DNA from: an uncultured Phycisphaeraceae bacterium
Lineage (GTDB): Bacteria; Planctomycetota; Phycisphaerae; Phycisphaerales; UBA1924
Direction: 5' to 3'
Length of the DNA: 57,992 bases
Assembly (NCBI GenBank): GCA_964549785.1
Contig: CAZJXA010000001.1
Coordinates: 4,083-62,074 of the forward strand
The notes under the pieces are model-generated. The model saw only the letters and a list, made by a program, of their open reading frames with translations. It had not been told where the DNA came from and did not search any database. Each line of letters starts with the position of its first letter. Position 1 is the first letter of the stretch. Below, one piece after another: positions 1 through 9,326 of this stretch. The position numbers and the translations under genes are program-made.

Positions 1-167
<167 letters not shown>

Positions 168-249
168 GCGTGGAGTATGCGGACCGCGTTTTGGCGGTCG
201 ATGGACGGGTTGGCCCGCAGGCGGACCGCGGAATCCGCGGATTCGCGGG

Positions 250-738
250 TTAGGCGACTCGGGAGTAGGTGGAGGTCATGAACCTGGTCCACGCGCCGTC
301 GTCGCCTTGGGTCTGGGACCAGAGCAGGCGGCGGCTGGCGGATTCGATCTGGATGACGTCCTGGTAGGTGGCGAGTTTGGTGGGGTCGGCGAAACTCGGA
401 CCGGTTGTATAAAGCGGGAGCACCTTCCGAGCAGGATCGAGTTCGCCTTCATACACGAACAGATTGGCCATCACCGAGCCGATCCACGTTCCGACGAACT
501 TGTTTTTGGCGGGGTCGAAGCCCAGAGTCATGCGGGATTCCATCAGGCCGCCGCCGGGCATTTCGCCCTTGCCTTCGGCGATGATCCAAAGGTCGCCCAG
601 AGACCGGATGGATTCAATGCCGGAGAGTTTGGACGCGGGCTGATCCGGCCCCATCACACATTCGGCGTCGAAGGTCCAATCGCCGACGAGTTGGCGGAGC
701 CAGTGATGCTGAGGTTCGGGGGCGGTGTTGCAAGACAT
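250..738 (-). CDS. DUF1579-like protein of unknown function
   Basis: ORF 250..948(-). Start re-picked at ATG 738 (MSCNTAPEPQHHWLRQLVGDWTFD...). The upstream part of the ORF is Pro/Ser low-complexity. The pattern WLxxLVGxW...MTLGFDPxKxKFVGTWI...Y resembles DUF1579. Confidence 0.65.
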   Translation of the reverse strand: MSCNTAPEPQHHWLRQLVGDWTFDAECVMGPDQPASKLSGIESIRSLGDLWIIAEGKGEMPGGGLMESRMTLGFDPAKNKFVGTWIGSVMANLFVYEGELDPARKVLPLYTTGPSFADPTKLATYQDVIQIESASRRLLWSQTQGDDGAWTRFMTSTYSRVA

Positions 739-966
739 GGGGAGTTTCCTGGGGGGGAAGCGAGCGAAAATTGAAAACATGGTACCCGACGCAGGCCGGG
801 GAGAGCGGGGAGAAGGGCTAGGAGAGACCGGCGTGTCTAAAAGGGGGAGTGACAGGTTGACTGTCCCGGCGGAAGTCTTTTGGGGGTCATTTCCGCCCAC
901 TTGTGCCCACCTTGACATTTGCTTTACAATGGCGCGAGCACACCCCACCTTTTAGGAGGCCTCGCC

Positions 967-3045
967 ATGCCCAATCGATCGCCCGCTGATATCCGCAACA
1001 TTGTTTTGGCGGGGGCCGGATCGTCCGGAAAGACCACGCTGGCGGAGCGGTTGCTCTTCGCGACGGGCACCATCAAGCGGATGGGTTCGGTCGCAGAGGG
1101 GAACACGGTGAGCGACTTCACGGAGGAGGAGCGGCTGCACAAGCACAGCCTTCAGCCGAGTTTGGTTCACTTTGAGTTCGAGGGCCACCTCGTCAACCTT
1201 ATCGACACGCCCGGCCTGTCGGATTTTCTTGGGCACGCGGTCGCGTGCTTCCCCGCGGTCGAGACGGTGGCGGTGGTCGTCGACGGGTTAAAGGGCCCGG
1301 ACAGCGTGACCCGGCGGCTGATGGTGATCGCCGCGGAACGCAAGATACCTCGGATGTTGATCGTCAACAAGATCGACGAGCCCAACGTTGACCTGGAGTC
1401 GTTGGTGGAGCAACTTCGCGAGGCCTTCGGCAACGAGTGCCTGCCTATCAACCTGCCCACGGCGGGCGGGGCCCGGGTGATCAATGTCTTCGAGCACGCG
1501 GGCGACGATGAGCTTGGCGACGGAGCGGATTTTTCATCGGTGCACGAGGCTCACAAGAAGATCGTCGAGCAGGTGATCGAGGTGGACGACGACCTGACAA
1601 TGCAGTACCTGGAGGAGGGCGACGGAAAGTTCGATCGGGAAAAACTGCACGCGGCGTTCGAGAAGTGCCTGGAGAGCGCGCACCTCGTGCCGATCTGCTT
1701 CTGCTCGGCGAAAACCGGGGCGGGGATCGACGACCTGCTGCATATTTTCGCGAGCCTCTGCCCCTCGCCCGTCGAGGTGAATCCGCCGGAGTTCGCGCGG
1801 CGGGACTCCGAGGATGGGGAGGAGCAGGAGTGGCACGCCACGCCCGACGCGGGAGGAAAACTCCTGGCCCACGTCTTCAAGATCACCACTGATCCGTTCG
1901 TCGGGAAACTCGGCATTTTTCGGGTGCACCAGGGGACGCTGAAGGCGAAGACGGAACTGTACATCGACGATCACAAGAAGCCGGTGCGGATCGGGCACGT
2001 TCACATCTTGCAAGGCAAGGACCACGTCGAGGTTCAGGAGATCGGCCCGGGCGGCATCGGCGCGATCGCGAAAGTCGACGAGGTCAAGTTCAACGGGGTG
2101 CTGCACGACACCCACGACCTGGATTCCGTGCGTCTGGTTCCGCTGCCGTTGCCCCGCCCCATGTTCGGGCTGGCGATCGAACTCAAGAACCATGCCGACG
2201 AGGCGAAGTTTTCCAACGCCGTACACAAACTCATGGCCGAAGACCCCTGCCTCCTGGTCGAGCGTATCTCGGCGACGAACCAGACGGTGATGCGTGGCCT
2301 GGGTGAACTGCACCTGCGGATCGTGCTCGAAAAACTGAAACATCAGTACGCCATCGAGCTGACCACCACGCCGCCGAAAGTCGCTTACAAAGAGGCGATC
2401 ACGACCAAGGCGGAGGGGCACCACCGGCACCGCAAGCAGACCGGCGGCTCGGGCCAGTTCGGCGAGGTGTATTTGCGGATCGAGCCGCTGCCCGATGACC
2501 ATCCGACCGGCTTCGAGTTTGCCTCGGAGGTGGTGGGCGGGACCGTGCCACGGCAATATTGGCCGGCGATCGAAAAAGGGGTGCGGATGGCGTTGGGTGA
2601 GGGCGCGATCGCGGGGTACCCGATCACCGGGGTGCGGGTGGCGGTGTATGACGGCAAGTACCACGACGTTGACAGCAAGGAGATCGCGTTCATCACGGCG
2701 GGGAAAAAGGCCTTTATCGACGCGGTGAGCAAGGCCCGACCGGTGCTGATGGAGCCGTATGTCACGCTCGAGATCACGGCTCCCAACCGCTGCATGGGGG
2801 ACATCGCGGGCCACCTTTCCACCAAGCGCGGCCGGGTGCAGAACTCTGACCTTGTGGGGGCCGACACCTGCGTGGTCCGGGCCAGCGCGCCGCTGGGCGA
2901 ACTCCAGAATTACGCGAATGAACTCAAGAGCATGACGGGCGGTGCGGGAACCTATTCGATCGAGTACAGTCACGACGAACGGACCCCGATCAACATCCAG
3001 CAGAACGTGATCGCCGCCTATAAACCCAAAGTTGAGGCGGAGTAG
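967..3045 (+). CDS. elongation factor G-like translational GTPase (divergent paralogue; catalytic His replaced)
   Basis: ORF 919..3045. ATG 967 is preceded by AGGAGG (953-958). P-loop AGAGSSGKTT, NKID and full EF-G domain order through the C-terminus (GELHLRIV..., PVLMEPY...) are present. The DTPGH motif reads DTPGL. Confidence 0.9.
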   Translation: MPNRSPADIRNIVLAGAGSSGKTTLAERLLFATGTIKRMGSVAEGNTVSDFTEEERLHKHSLQPSLVHFEFEGHLVNLIDTPGLSDFLGHAVACFPAVETVAVVVDGLKGPDSVTRRLMVIAAERKIPRMLIVNKIDEPNVDLESLVEQLREAFGNECLPINLPTAGGARVINVFEHAGDDELGDGADFSSVHEAHKKIVEQVIEVDDDLTMQYLEEGDGKFDREKLHAAFEKCLESAHLVPICFCSAKTGAGIDDLLHIFASLCPSPVEVNPPEFARRDSEDGEEQEWHATPDAGGKLLAHVFKITTDPFVGKLGIFRVHQGTLKAKTELYIDDHKKPVRIGHVHILQGKDHVEVQEIGPGGIGAIAKVDEVKFNGVLHDTHDLDSVRLVPLPLPRPMFGLAIELKNHADEAKFSNAVHKLMAEDPCLLVERISATNQTVMRGLGELHLRIVLEKLKHQYAIELTTTPPKVAYKEAITTKAEGHHRHRKQTGGSGQFGEVYLRIEPLPDDHPTGFEFASEVVGGTVPRQYWPAIEKGVRMALGEGAIAGYPITGVRVAVYDGKYHDVDSKEIAFITAGKKAFIDAVSKARPVLMEPYVTLEITAPNRCMGDIAGHLSTKRGRVQNSDLVGADTCVVRASAPLGELQNYANELKSMTGGAGTYSIEYSHDERTPINIQQNVIAAYKPKVEAE

Positions 3046-3137
3046 GCGGGCAATGATCACGTGTCGGAAAAGTATCTGTCGTTCGATTGACCGCGAATTG
3101 CGACCGCCCGAGCACTCTTACCCCCCGGAATCAACCC

Positions 3138-4070
3138 ATGGCCGCCCCCAGCAGAGTCGGTTCGATGATCGTCGTGATTTTCTGCCTCGCGGCCCTTGGC
3201 GCCGCGCTGTTTTACCAGATCAATAAACTTTCGACGGACGCCGGCGGCACCCCGGCGGCGAGTTCCGTGCGCCCTTCGTCGTCGTTGCATGACGCCGCCG
3301 GGTCGGGCGATCTCACGGTCATCAACGCCGCCATCACGTCCAAGGTGGACCTGGATGCCCCGCTGACAGGGGTTTCGGGCCGCAACGGACAGACCCCCTT
3401 GATGCTGGCCGCGACATCGGGCAAGGCGGATGTGGTGGGAGCGCTCGTGGGCGGCGGGGCGAAGGTCAATGCCCGGGCGGCGGACGGGAAGACACCCCTC
3501 ATGCTGGCCGCGGGGTGGGCCGATGCCGGGGTGGTGCGGGCCTTGCTTGACGCCTCGGCCCGCGTCGATGAGCGGGACGAAAACCGCTGGACCGCCCTGA
3601 TGATGGCGGCCGCCCGCGGCAGCGCGGAGAGTGTGAAAACGTTGCTCGACGCGGGGGCGGACGTTGGGGCGCGGAACAAGTGGCAGCAAACGGCCCTGAT
3701 GATCGCCGCTCAGAGCGGGTCGTCCGAGAAGGTGACGATGCTTCTCTCGGCCGGGGCCAACGTGAACGACCAGGATCAATCGGGGGCAACGGCCCTCGCG
3801 TTATTGGCCGCTTCCGAGGACGCCAACGCCGACGGCTTCGAGTCCCTTATCGGTGCGAGGGCGGATGTGAACGCCGCGGACATGGACGGGCTGACGCCGC
3901 TGATGCGGGCCGCCGACAAGGGCGATGCCCAGCGCGTCATTGCGCTCCTGAATGCGGGCGGGCAGTCGGGACTGCGAGACCGACAGGGCCGTTCTGCGGC
4001 GGATTGGGCGACCGCCCGTGACGATGAAAAGGGACGCGAGATCGCCGGGCTGCTTGCGGATGCCAAGTGA
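3138..4070 (+). CDS. ankyrin-repeat protein with N-terminal membrane anchor or signal sequence
   Basis: ORF 3087..4070; start taken at ATG 3138 (MAAPSRVGSMIVVIFCLAALGAALFY = hydrophobic anchor). About seven repeats of the G-TPLM-AA--G---VV--LL--GA-VN type. Confidence 0.85.
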   Translation: MAAPSRVGSMIVVIFCLAALGAALFYQINKLSTDAGGTPAASSVRPSSSLHDAAGSGDLTVINAAITSKVDLDAPLTGVSGRNGQTPLMLAATSGKADVVGALVGGGAKVNARAADGKTPLMLAAGWADAGVVRALLDASARVDERDENRWTALMMAAARGSAESVKTLLDAGADVGARNKWQQTALMIAAQSGSSEKVTMLLSAGANVNDQDQSGATALALLAASEDANADGFESLIGARADVNAADMDGLTPLMRAADKGDAQRVIALLNAGGQSGLRDRQGRSAADWATARDDEKGREIAGLLADAK

Positions 4071-4198
4071 CGCTGGCCGGGCCATTCCCGGCAACCGCAG
4101 CATCAGCGCAATAAACGCACCCGACGCGAGAAGTTTTGTGGCGTGCCACTGCGGAGTGGGTGCTGAACGGGCGGGGATGTGATAGAGTTGAGGTACGC

Positions 4199-4510
4199 AT
4201 GGACGCATCATCCGCCATCCCGACCGGCTCACCGATGACTCTTCGCTTGGCATCGGTGTATGGCGTGCAACGTCCCGCAGCGGCGGCGAGAGCGGCGGCG
4301 GCTCCTGAGCGGGCTTCAACCGCGTCGGGGATCCGGAGCTTGATCGGGTCTCGGGTTGCGCAGGGGATGGAGTTTGAGGCGCCCATCACGCCGGGCGTGA
4401 TGGCGGGCGTGACCACCGCGGGCTCGTTCCATCTTTATCGCCGTCCTGCGGATCGGAACGCGGCGGCGACGGGGATTGAACTGGGCCGAAGGGTCGATGT
4501 TCGCGGGTGA
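4199..4510 (+). CDS. hypothetical protein (Ala-rich, about 103 aa)
   Basis: ORF 4136..4510; ATG 4199 follows a GAGGT. No recognisable domain. Third-position GC bias is consistent with coding, but support is weak. Confidence 0.35.
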   Translation: MDASSAIPTGSPMTLRLASVYGVQRPAAAARAAAAPERASTASGIRSLIGSRVAQGMEFEAPITPGVMAGVTTAGSFHLYRRPADRNAAATGIELGRRVDVRG

Positions 4511-4601
4511 GACATGCCCTACATCGCGAACCTGCTCCGGCGGTGATCGACCGGCTTCCTATCATGTTTCTGATCGGTAATGGAACCGGAGGAAACTGAC
4601 C

Positions 4602-6278
4602 GTGAGCAAGAAGCGTCTGGTTTTTGATGTGGCGTTGGTGGTGGTGCTGGGGCTGGCGGTGCTGGCCTCCACTGTCGCTTTGGCGCAGCGCGGCAACGAT
4701 TATAAGTTTTTCGACGAGTTGATCGAGGTCAAGGCGATCCTCGCCAAACGCTTTGTCGAACCTCCGGACGAGGAAAAACTTCGGCAGGGCGCGATTCGAG
4801 GCATGGTTGAATCGCTGAACGACCCGTACACGATGTACGTCCCGCCCGTTGACAAGAGCGACTTCAATAAAGAGCTGACGGGTGAATACGTCGGCATCGG
4901 CGCTCAGGTGAATGTTCAAGACGGGTGGCTCACAATCGTGAGTCCGTTGGAGGATTCGCCGGCTTTCAAGTCCGGGCTGATGGCCGAGGACCGCGTCCTG
5001 GAGATCAACGGGAAGACCACCAAAGACGTCCGTGTGGATGAATGCGTGAAGATGCTGGTGGGGGAGCCGGGGACTGATGTGAAATTGCTGGTGGAGCGGA
5101 AGGGCGAACGGATTGAATACTCGATCACGCGCGATCGGATCAAGACCCGCTCGGTAAAGGGCTTCCATCGTGACGAGGCCAACGCCGAAAACTGGAATTA
5201 CCTGATCGATCCCGCGAACGCGATCGCGTATATCCGGATGACGCAATTCACGCCGGGCGTGGCCGAGGAAGTGCTGGCCGGGCTGGAAGCGGCCGGGGCA
5301 TCGACGGGAAGGTTGAAGGGGTTGGTCCTGGACCTTCGGTTCAACCCCGGCGGGCTGCTGAGCGAGGCCGAGGCCATCGCGGATCTGTTCCTGGAAGAGG
5401 GAGTCATTGTTTCGACCAAGGGGCGGGCGTACGACGAGAAGGTGACTCGGGCCCGAAAAGAGGGAACCCTCCCGTATTTTCCGATCGCCGTGCTTCTCAA
5501 CGGCCAGAGCGCCTCGGCGAGCGAAGTGCTGGCGGGAGCGCTTCTAGAGAACAACCGCGCGATCGTCCTGGGGACTCGGTCGTACGGCAAGGGGAGCGTG
5601 CAGAGCGTGCTGGAACTTCCGAGCGGCAACGGCTCGGAACTGAAAGTCACCGAGCAGGGGTATTACCTCCCGTCGGGGCGCAGCATCTCGCGGAAGGATT
5701 CTTCACCGGACTGGGGCGTGGACCCGTCCGAAGGGTACTTCGTCCCCATGACGGACAACGAAGTGGGCGAGATGTTGGCGGTTCGTCGGCGTGAAGAGGT
5801 GATCCACTCGGGCATCGGCGGTGCGGCGATCCCGGCGGCCGGTGCCGACCCTGTCGCGGACGAACGACGGTGGTCGGAGCCTGCGTGGATCGTGACTGAA
5901 CTCAAGGACAAACAACTGGGCGCAGCGCTCTCTGCCCTGCAGGCGAAAGTTGAGACGGGCGAATGGAAATTGACGGGCGAGAAAGGCCGGGCCGGCGGAG
6001 CGCTCGCGCTCGATGAACTCAAACGCACGGTGGATTTCCGGGATCGGCTGTATCGCGAGCTGGAAAGGACCGAGGTGCGGATCGAGGCGTTAGAGACCGC
6101 CGCGGGCACCGGGGCGGAGGAATCCGGAGCCCGCGACCTATGGGCCGATGACGCCAAGGTGAAGGGCGGCGAGGTGACGGTGCGAGATGCGGCGGGCAAC
6201 GTGGTCTCGACGCTCACCATCACGGGCGAAGACCTCGAGCGGTGGTTGTTGGACGCCGATGTCGAGAAGAAGCCGTGA
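4602..6278 (+). CDS. S41 carboxy-terminal processing peptidase (PDZ domain) with long C-terminal extension
   Basis: GTG 4602 after GGAGGAAA. N-terminal TM/signal, PDZ (GIGAQV...SPLEDSPAFKSGL), catalytic region NGQSASASEVLAGAL and GTRSYGKGSVQ. About 170 extra C-terminal residues with charged helical character. Confidence 0.9.
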   Translation: MSKKRLVFDVALVVVLGLAVLASTVALAQRGNDYKFFDELIEVKAILAKRFVEPPDEEKLRQGAIRGMVESLNDPYTMYVPPVDKSDFNKELTGEYVGIGAQVNVQDGWLTIVSPLEDSPAFKSGLMAEDRVLEINGKTTKDVRVDECVKMLVGEPGTDVKLLVERKGERIEYSITRDRIKTRSVKGFHRDEANAENWNYLIDPANAIAYIRMTQFTPGVAEEVLAGLEAAGASTGRLKGLVLDLRFNPGGLLSEAEAIADLFLEEGVIVSTKGRAYDEKVTRARKEGTLPYFPIAVLLNGQSASASEVLAGALLENNRAIVLGTRSYGKGSVQSVLELPSGNGSELKVTEQGYYLPSGRSISRKDSSPDWGVDPSEGYFVPMTDNEVGEMLAVRRREEVIHSGIGGAAIPAAGADPVADERRWSEPAWIVTELKDKQLGAALSALQAKVETGEWKLTGEKGRAGGALALDELKRTVDFRDRLYRELERTEVRIEALETAAGTGAEESGARDLWADDAKVKGGEVTVRDAAGNVVSTLTITGEDLERWLLDADVEKKP

Positions 6279-7375
6279 GCGGTGAGGGGCGCCGGGGGTC
6301 GGGCCTGACGCTGGGGATCGAGAGTTCGTGCGACGAGACCGCCGCGGCGGTGGTGGGTGTGGCGGACGGGGGCGGGCACCGCGTGCTCTCGAACGTTGTC
6401 GCGGGGCAGTACGAGATTCACGCCGAGTACGCGGGTGTGGTCCCGGAACTTGCCAGCCGCGCCCATGTAGAGGCGATCCTGCCGGTTGTTCGCGAGGCGC
6501 TGGCGGGCGCTGGTGTGGGCTTGGGAATGATCGACCTCATCGCGGTGGGCCATCGCCCGGGGCTGATTGGTCCGCTGCTGGTCGGCGTGACGGCGGCGAA
6601 GGCGCTCTCACTAACCCTCGGTCGCCCGCTTGTGGGGGTTGATCACGTGCGGGCCCACCTCTACTCGGGGGTGATGGGCGAGGCGTCGACGGAGAACGTT
6701 TTTCCAGCGCTCGGGCTGGTCGTTTCCGGCGGTCACACGGCTCTCTTTGTGGTGGAATCGTGGAGCCGGATCCGGCGGTTGGGTTCGACCATCGACGATG
6801 CGGTGGGGGAGGCGTTCGACAAGGCCGCCACGATCTTGGGGTTGCCGCACCCCGGGGGGCCGAACCTGGATCGGTTGGCATCGTCGCCGGGTGCGAACGA
6901 CCGAGCGCACGAGTTCCCCGTGAGCCGTCTGTCGCGCGAGTCGCTGGATTTTTCGTTCTCCGGCCTCAAGACCGCGATCCTGTATGCGGTCAACGGTGTG
7001 CCGGGGCCGCGGGGCGCGCCAGCCCTGCCCATGACGGAACCGCGCCGGGCCGATTTGGCGGCGAGTTTCCGGCGGGCGGCGGTGGATGCGATCATGCTGA
7101 AGTTGGACCGGGCTGCGGAACGGATCGGATTGGCGAGCGGGGGGCTTGTTCTGACCGGCGGCGGCGTGACGGCGAACAGCCTGCTGCGGCGACGACTGAC
7201 CGAGTGGGGCCGAGCCACCGGGCGGGACGTGCGGTTGCCGGCGTTGAGTTTGTGCATGGATAACGCGGCGATGATCGCGGGGTTGGGTGCCGCGCTGTAC
7301 GCGGCGGGCCGCACGGACGGCATGGACCTCCAGGCGGATCCGTCGGCGCTCACGGATGACGAGGTTGGGGTATGA
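6275..7375 (+). CDS. tsaD: tRNA N6-adenosine threonylcarbamoyltransferase TsaD
   Basis: LTLGIESSCDETAAAVV..., ...SGGHTAL..., ...GGVTANSLLR. Start chosen at GTG 6275, forming a GTGA overlap with the peptidase stop; the ORF track begins at 6242. Confidence 0.9.
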   Translation: MSGEGRRGSGLTLGIESSCDETAAAVVGVADGGGHRVLSNVVAGQYEIHAEYAGVVPELASRAHVEAILPVVREALAGAGVGLGMIDLIAVGHRPGLIGPLLVGVTAAKALSLTLGRPLVGVDHVRAHLYSGVMGEASTENVFPALGLVVSGGHTALFVVESWSRIRRLGSTIDDAVGEAFDKAATILGLPHPGGPNLDRLASSPGANDRAHEFPVSRLSRESLDFSFSGLKTAILYAVNGVPGPRGAPALPMTEPRRADLAASFRRAAVDAIMLKLDRAAERIGLASGGLVLTGGGVTANSLLRRRLTEWGRATGRDVRLPALSLCMDNAAMIAGLGAALYAAGRTDGMDLQADPSALTDDEVGV

Positions 7376-7920
7376 GCAGCGGCGGGGGAGAAACGATCCG
7401 ACGGGCCCGGCCGCACCCGGCAATGCTGGCGGTGGACGAACTGGTGAAGTCGTGCGTGATGGGCAAGAGCCGCAGTTCCGGCCCCGGCGGTCAGAACCGC
7501 AACAAGGTCGAGACGCATGTCACCATGACGCACACACCCACGGGGTTGGAAGGGCAGGCGGGCGAGCGGCGGAGTTCGATCGAGAACCGATCGATGGCCG
7601 TGAAGCGGCTGCGGCTTGTGTTGGCGTTGCATGTGCGGACGCCGGTGCCGTTGGGAGAAGCACGGAGCCGGATGTGGCTAGCCCGCTGTCCGCCGAGCGG
7701 CGGCGGAAGGATTTCGTGCAGCTCGGAGCACGACGATTTCGCGGCGATGCTCGCGGAAGCGCTCGACGTGATCGATGCGAGCGCGTTCGATGTTCGGAAG
7801 GCCGCGCTGCGGCTGGGGTGTACGTTCAGCCAGTTGGTGAAACTGTTGAAGGCCCACCCGCCCGCGCTGGTGATGGTTAACGCCGAGCGGGCAGCCCGGG
7901 GCGAGCACGGGATCAAGTAG
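7372..7920 (+). CDS. RF-1/GGQ-domain protein (ArfB/class-I release-factor-like) with atypical C-terminal domain
   Basis: ATGA overlap with the tsaD stop. Motif SGPGGQNRNKVETHV is the peptidyl-tRNA hydrolase GGQ loop. No codon-recognition domains are present. The C-terminal roughly 70 aa are not the basic ArfB tail. Confidence 0.8.
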   Translation: MSSGGGETIRRARPHPAMLAVDELVKSCVMGKSRSSGPGGQNRNKVETHVTMTHTPTGLEGQAGERRSSIENRSMAVKRLRLVLALHVRTPVPLGEARSRMWLARCPPSGGGRISCSSEHDDFAAMLAEALDVIDASAFDVRKAALRLGCTFSQLVKLLKAHPPALVMVNAERAARGEHGIK

Positions 7921-7924
7921 GCTT

Positions 7925-8497
7925 TCAGTCGCCGTGGCGCTGGCGGAGTTTGGCGCTCAGGCGCACGAGCAGGTGGGCCTTCTCGAACTCGTTGACCCAG
8001 TCCTGCAGGTTGGCGGCGACTTCGTCGGCGGGAACCTCGGCCCCCGGCATGGGGCATGAGGCCCCGAGTGATTTGGCCGCCTTGGCCCGGAATCGGGAGA
8101 GGGTGCTGTCACCGGCGAGGCCGATCAACTCGAAGTCTTCGTTGAGAAAAATGACGGTGGGCACGCGGCGGCCGCCACAGATGGTCACATGGGCCGCGAG
8201 GTCGGCGTGCTCATCGCGATCGACCAACCGCAGGGCCACGGCATTTCGTGCGGCGCGGGCGATGTGGTCGAACATCGGAACCTGCTGGACGCAGTCGCCG
8301 CACCAGGTGCCGGAAATCACGAGGACGTTGACGCGGCGAGAGAACGTGGAAAGCACGGCCCGCTGCGAATCGGTGAGCGCCACCTTGCCGTGGAATTTCT
8401 TCCAAGAGGGCTGTTGATCGGGGGTGCCGGAAGAGACGTATTCGTCGTACGGGAGGGCCCGCTCGAAGTGCGGCTTGAAAAGTTCGGGGGTAAGCAT
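7925..8497 (-). CDS. thioredoxin-fold protein (WCGDC active site)
   Basis: MLTPELFKPHF...VLVISGTWCGDCVQQVPMF...RVPTVIFL: thioredoxin-like CxxC and cis-Pro region. Confidence 0.85.
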   Translation of the reverse strand: MLTPELFKPHFERALPYDEYVSSGTPDQQPSWKKFHGKVALTDSQRAVLSTFSRRVNVLVISGTWCGDCVQQVPMFDHIARAARNAVALRLVDRDEHADLAAHVTICGGRRVPTVIFLNEDFELIGLAGDSTLSRFRAKAAKSLGASCPMPGAEVPADEVAANLQDWVNEFEKAHLLVRLSAKLRQRHGD

Positions 8498-8552
8498 GTC
8501 TGAAGGGTAGAGCGGAGAAGACCCGGCGAGCTGCGGGTAAACTTCTCTTCAG

Positions 8553-9308
8553 ATGCGTCACCGGCGGGCTTTCACACTGATCGAACTCCTCGTCGTGATC
8601 GCGATCATCGCGCTGCTCATTGGCATCCTGCTGCCCGCGCTGGGGTCGGCCCGGCGGGCGGGGAAGGCAACCGTCTGCCTGTCGCGACTGCAGCAAATGG
8701 GGGTCGCCACCACCGCCTATCTCAACGACTTTGACCGCACCCTGCCGCAACGGGCGGGGCCGCTGCCCGGGGGGGGCGAGTCTGTCATCGGCACGCTCTT
8801 CGCGGGGGCCAAGGGGCAACTGCCGTTCTACGGGATCGACACCATCGGAGCGGAAGGCCGCCCGCTCAATCCGTATCTCTCATCGGTCGCGGTTTCGCCG
8901 GACGCGGAGGAGGGGGTCTTTGATGTTCCCGCCTGCCGCTCCCCGATCGATGGGGGGAGCACCGACACCGGGGTGCCGATCCCGGGCTTCGAGCGCTCTG
9001 AGAGCATGTACACGCTTGTCGGCAGCAGTTACACCCTGAACGACCATTCGCTCAACGGCGAAGAAGACTCGACGCTGGTGCCCTCGGGTGGTGGCAAGAT
9101 GCCCTATGTCACACAGACCTCAAGGACCTGGGTCATCGGGACTCAGCCGATCTACAACTTCCAACAGGGCGGCGACCGCGGCATGCGATGGACAAAGTCT
9201 GCGGCGGTCCGGGCCGGGCTGCTCTTCCTCGATTTCCATGCCCGCGGCAACATTGAGGTGCCGGTGGGAATCGTCAACGAAACCGCGGACTACACGTTCT
9301 TCCCGTGA
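8553..9308 (+). CDS. type II secretion/type IV pilin-like pseudopilin (prepilin N-terminal methylation domain, DUF1559-like)
   Basis: MRHRRAFTLIELLVVIAIIALLIGILLPALGSAR is the classic prepilin peptidase site plus hydrophobic helix, common in Planctomycetota. Confidence 0.9.
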   Translation: MRHRRAFTLIELLVVIAIIALLIGILLPALGSARRAGKATVCLSRLQQMGVATTAYLNDFDRTLPQRAGPLPGGGESVIGTLFAGAKGQLPFYGIDTIGAEGRPLNPYLSSVAVSPDAEEGVFDVPACRSPIDGGSTDTGVPIPGFERSESMYTLVGSSYTLNDHSLNGEEDSTLVPSGGGKMPYVTQTSRTWVIGTQPIYNFQQGGDRGMRWTKSAAVRAGLLFLDFHARGNIEVPVGIVNETADYTFFP

Positions 9309-9326
9309 GGGAGACGAACCGCCCGA

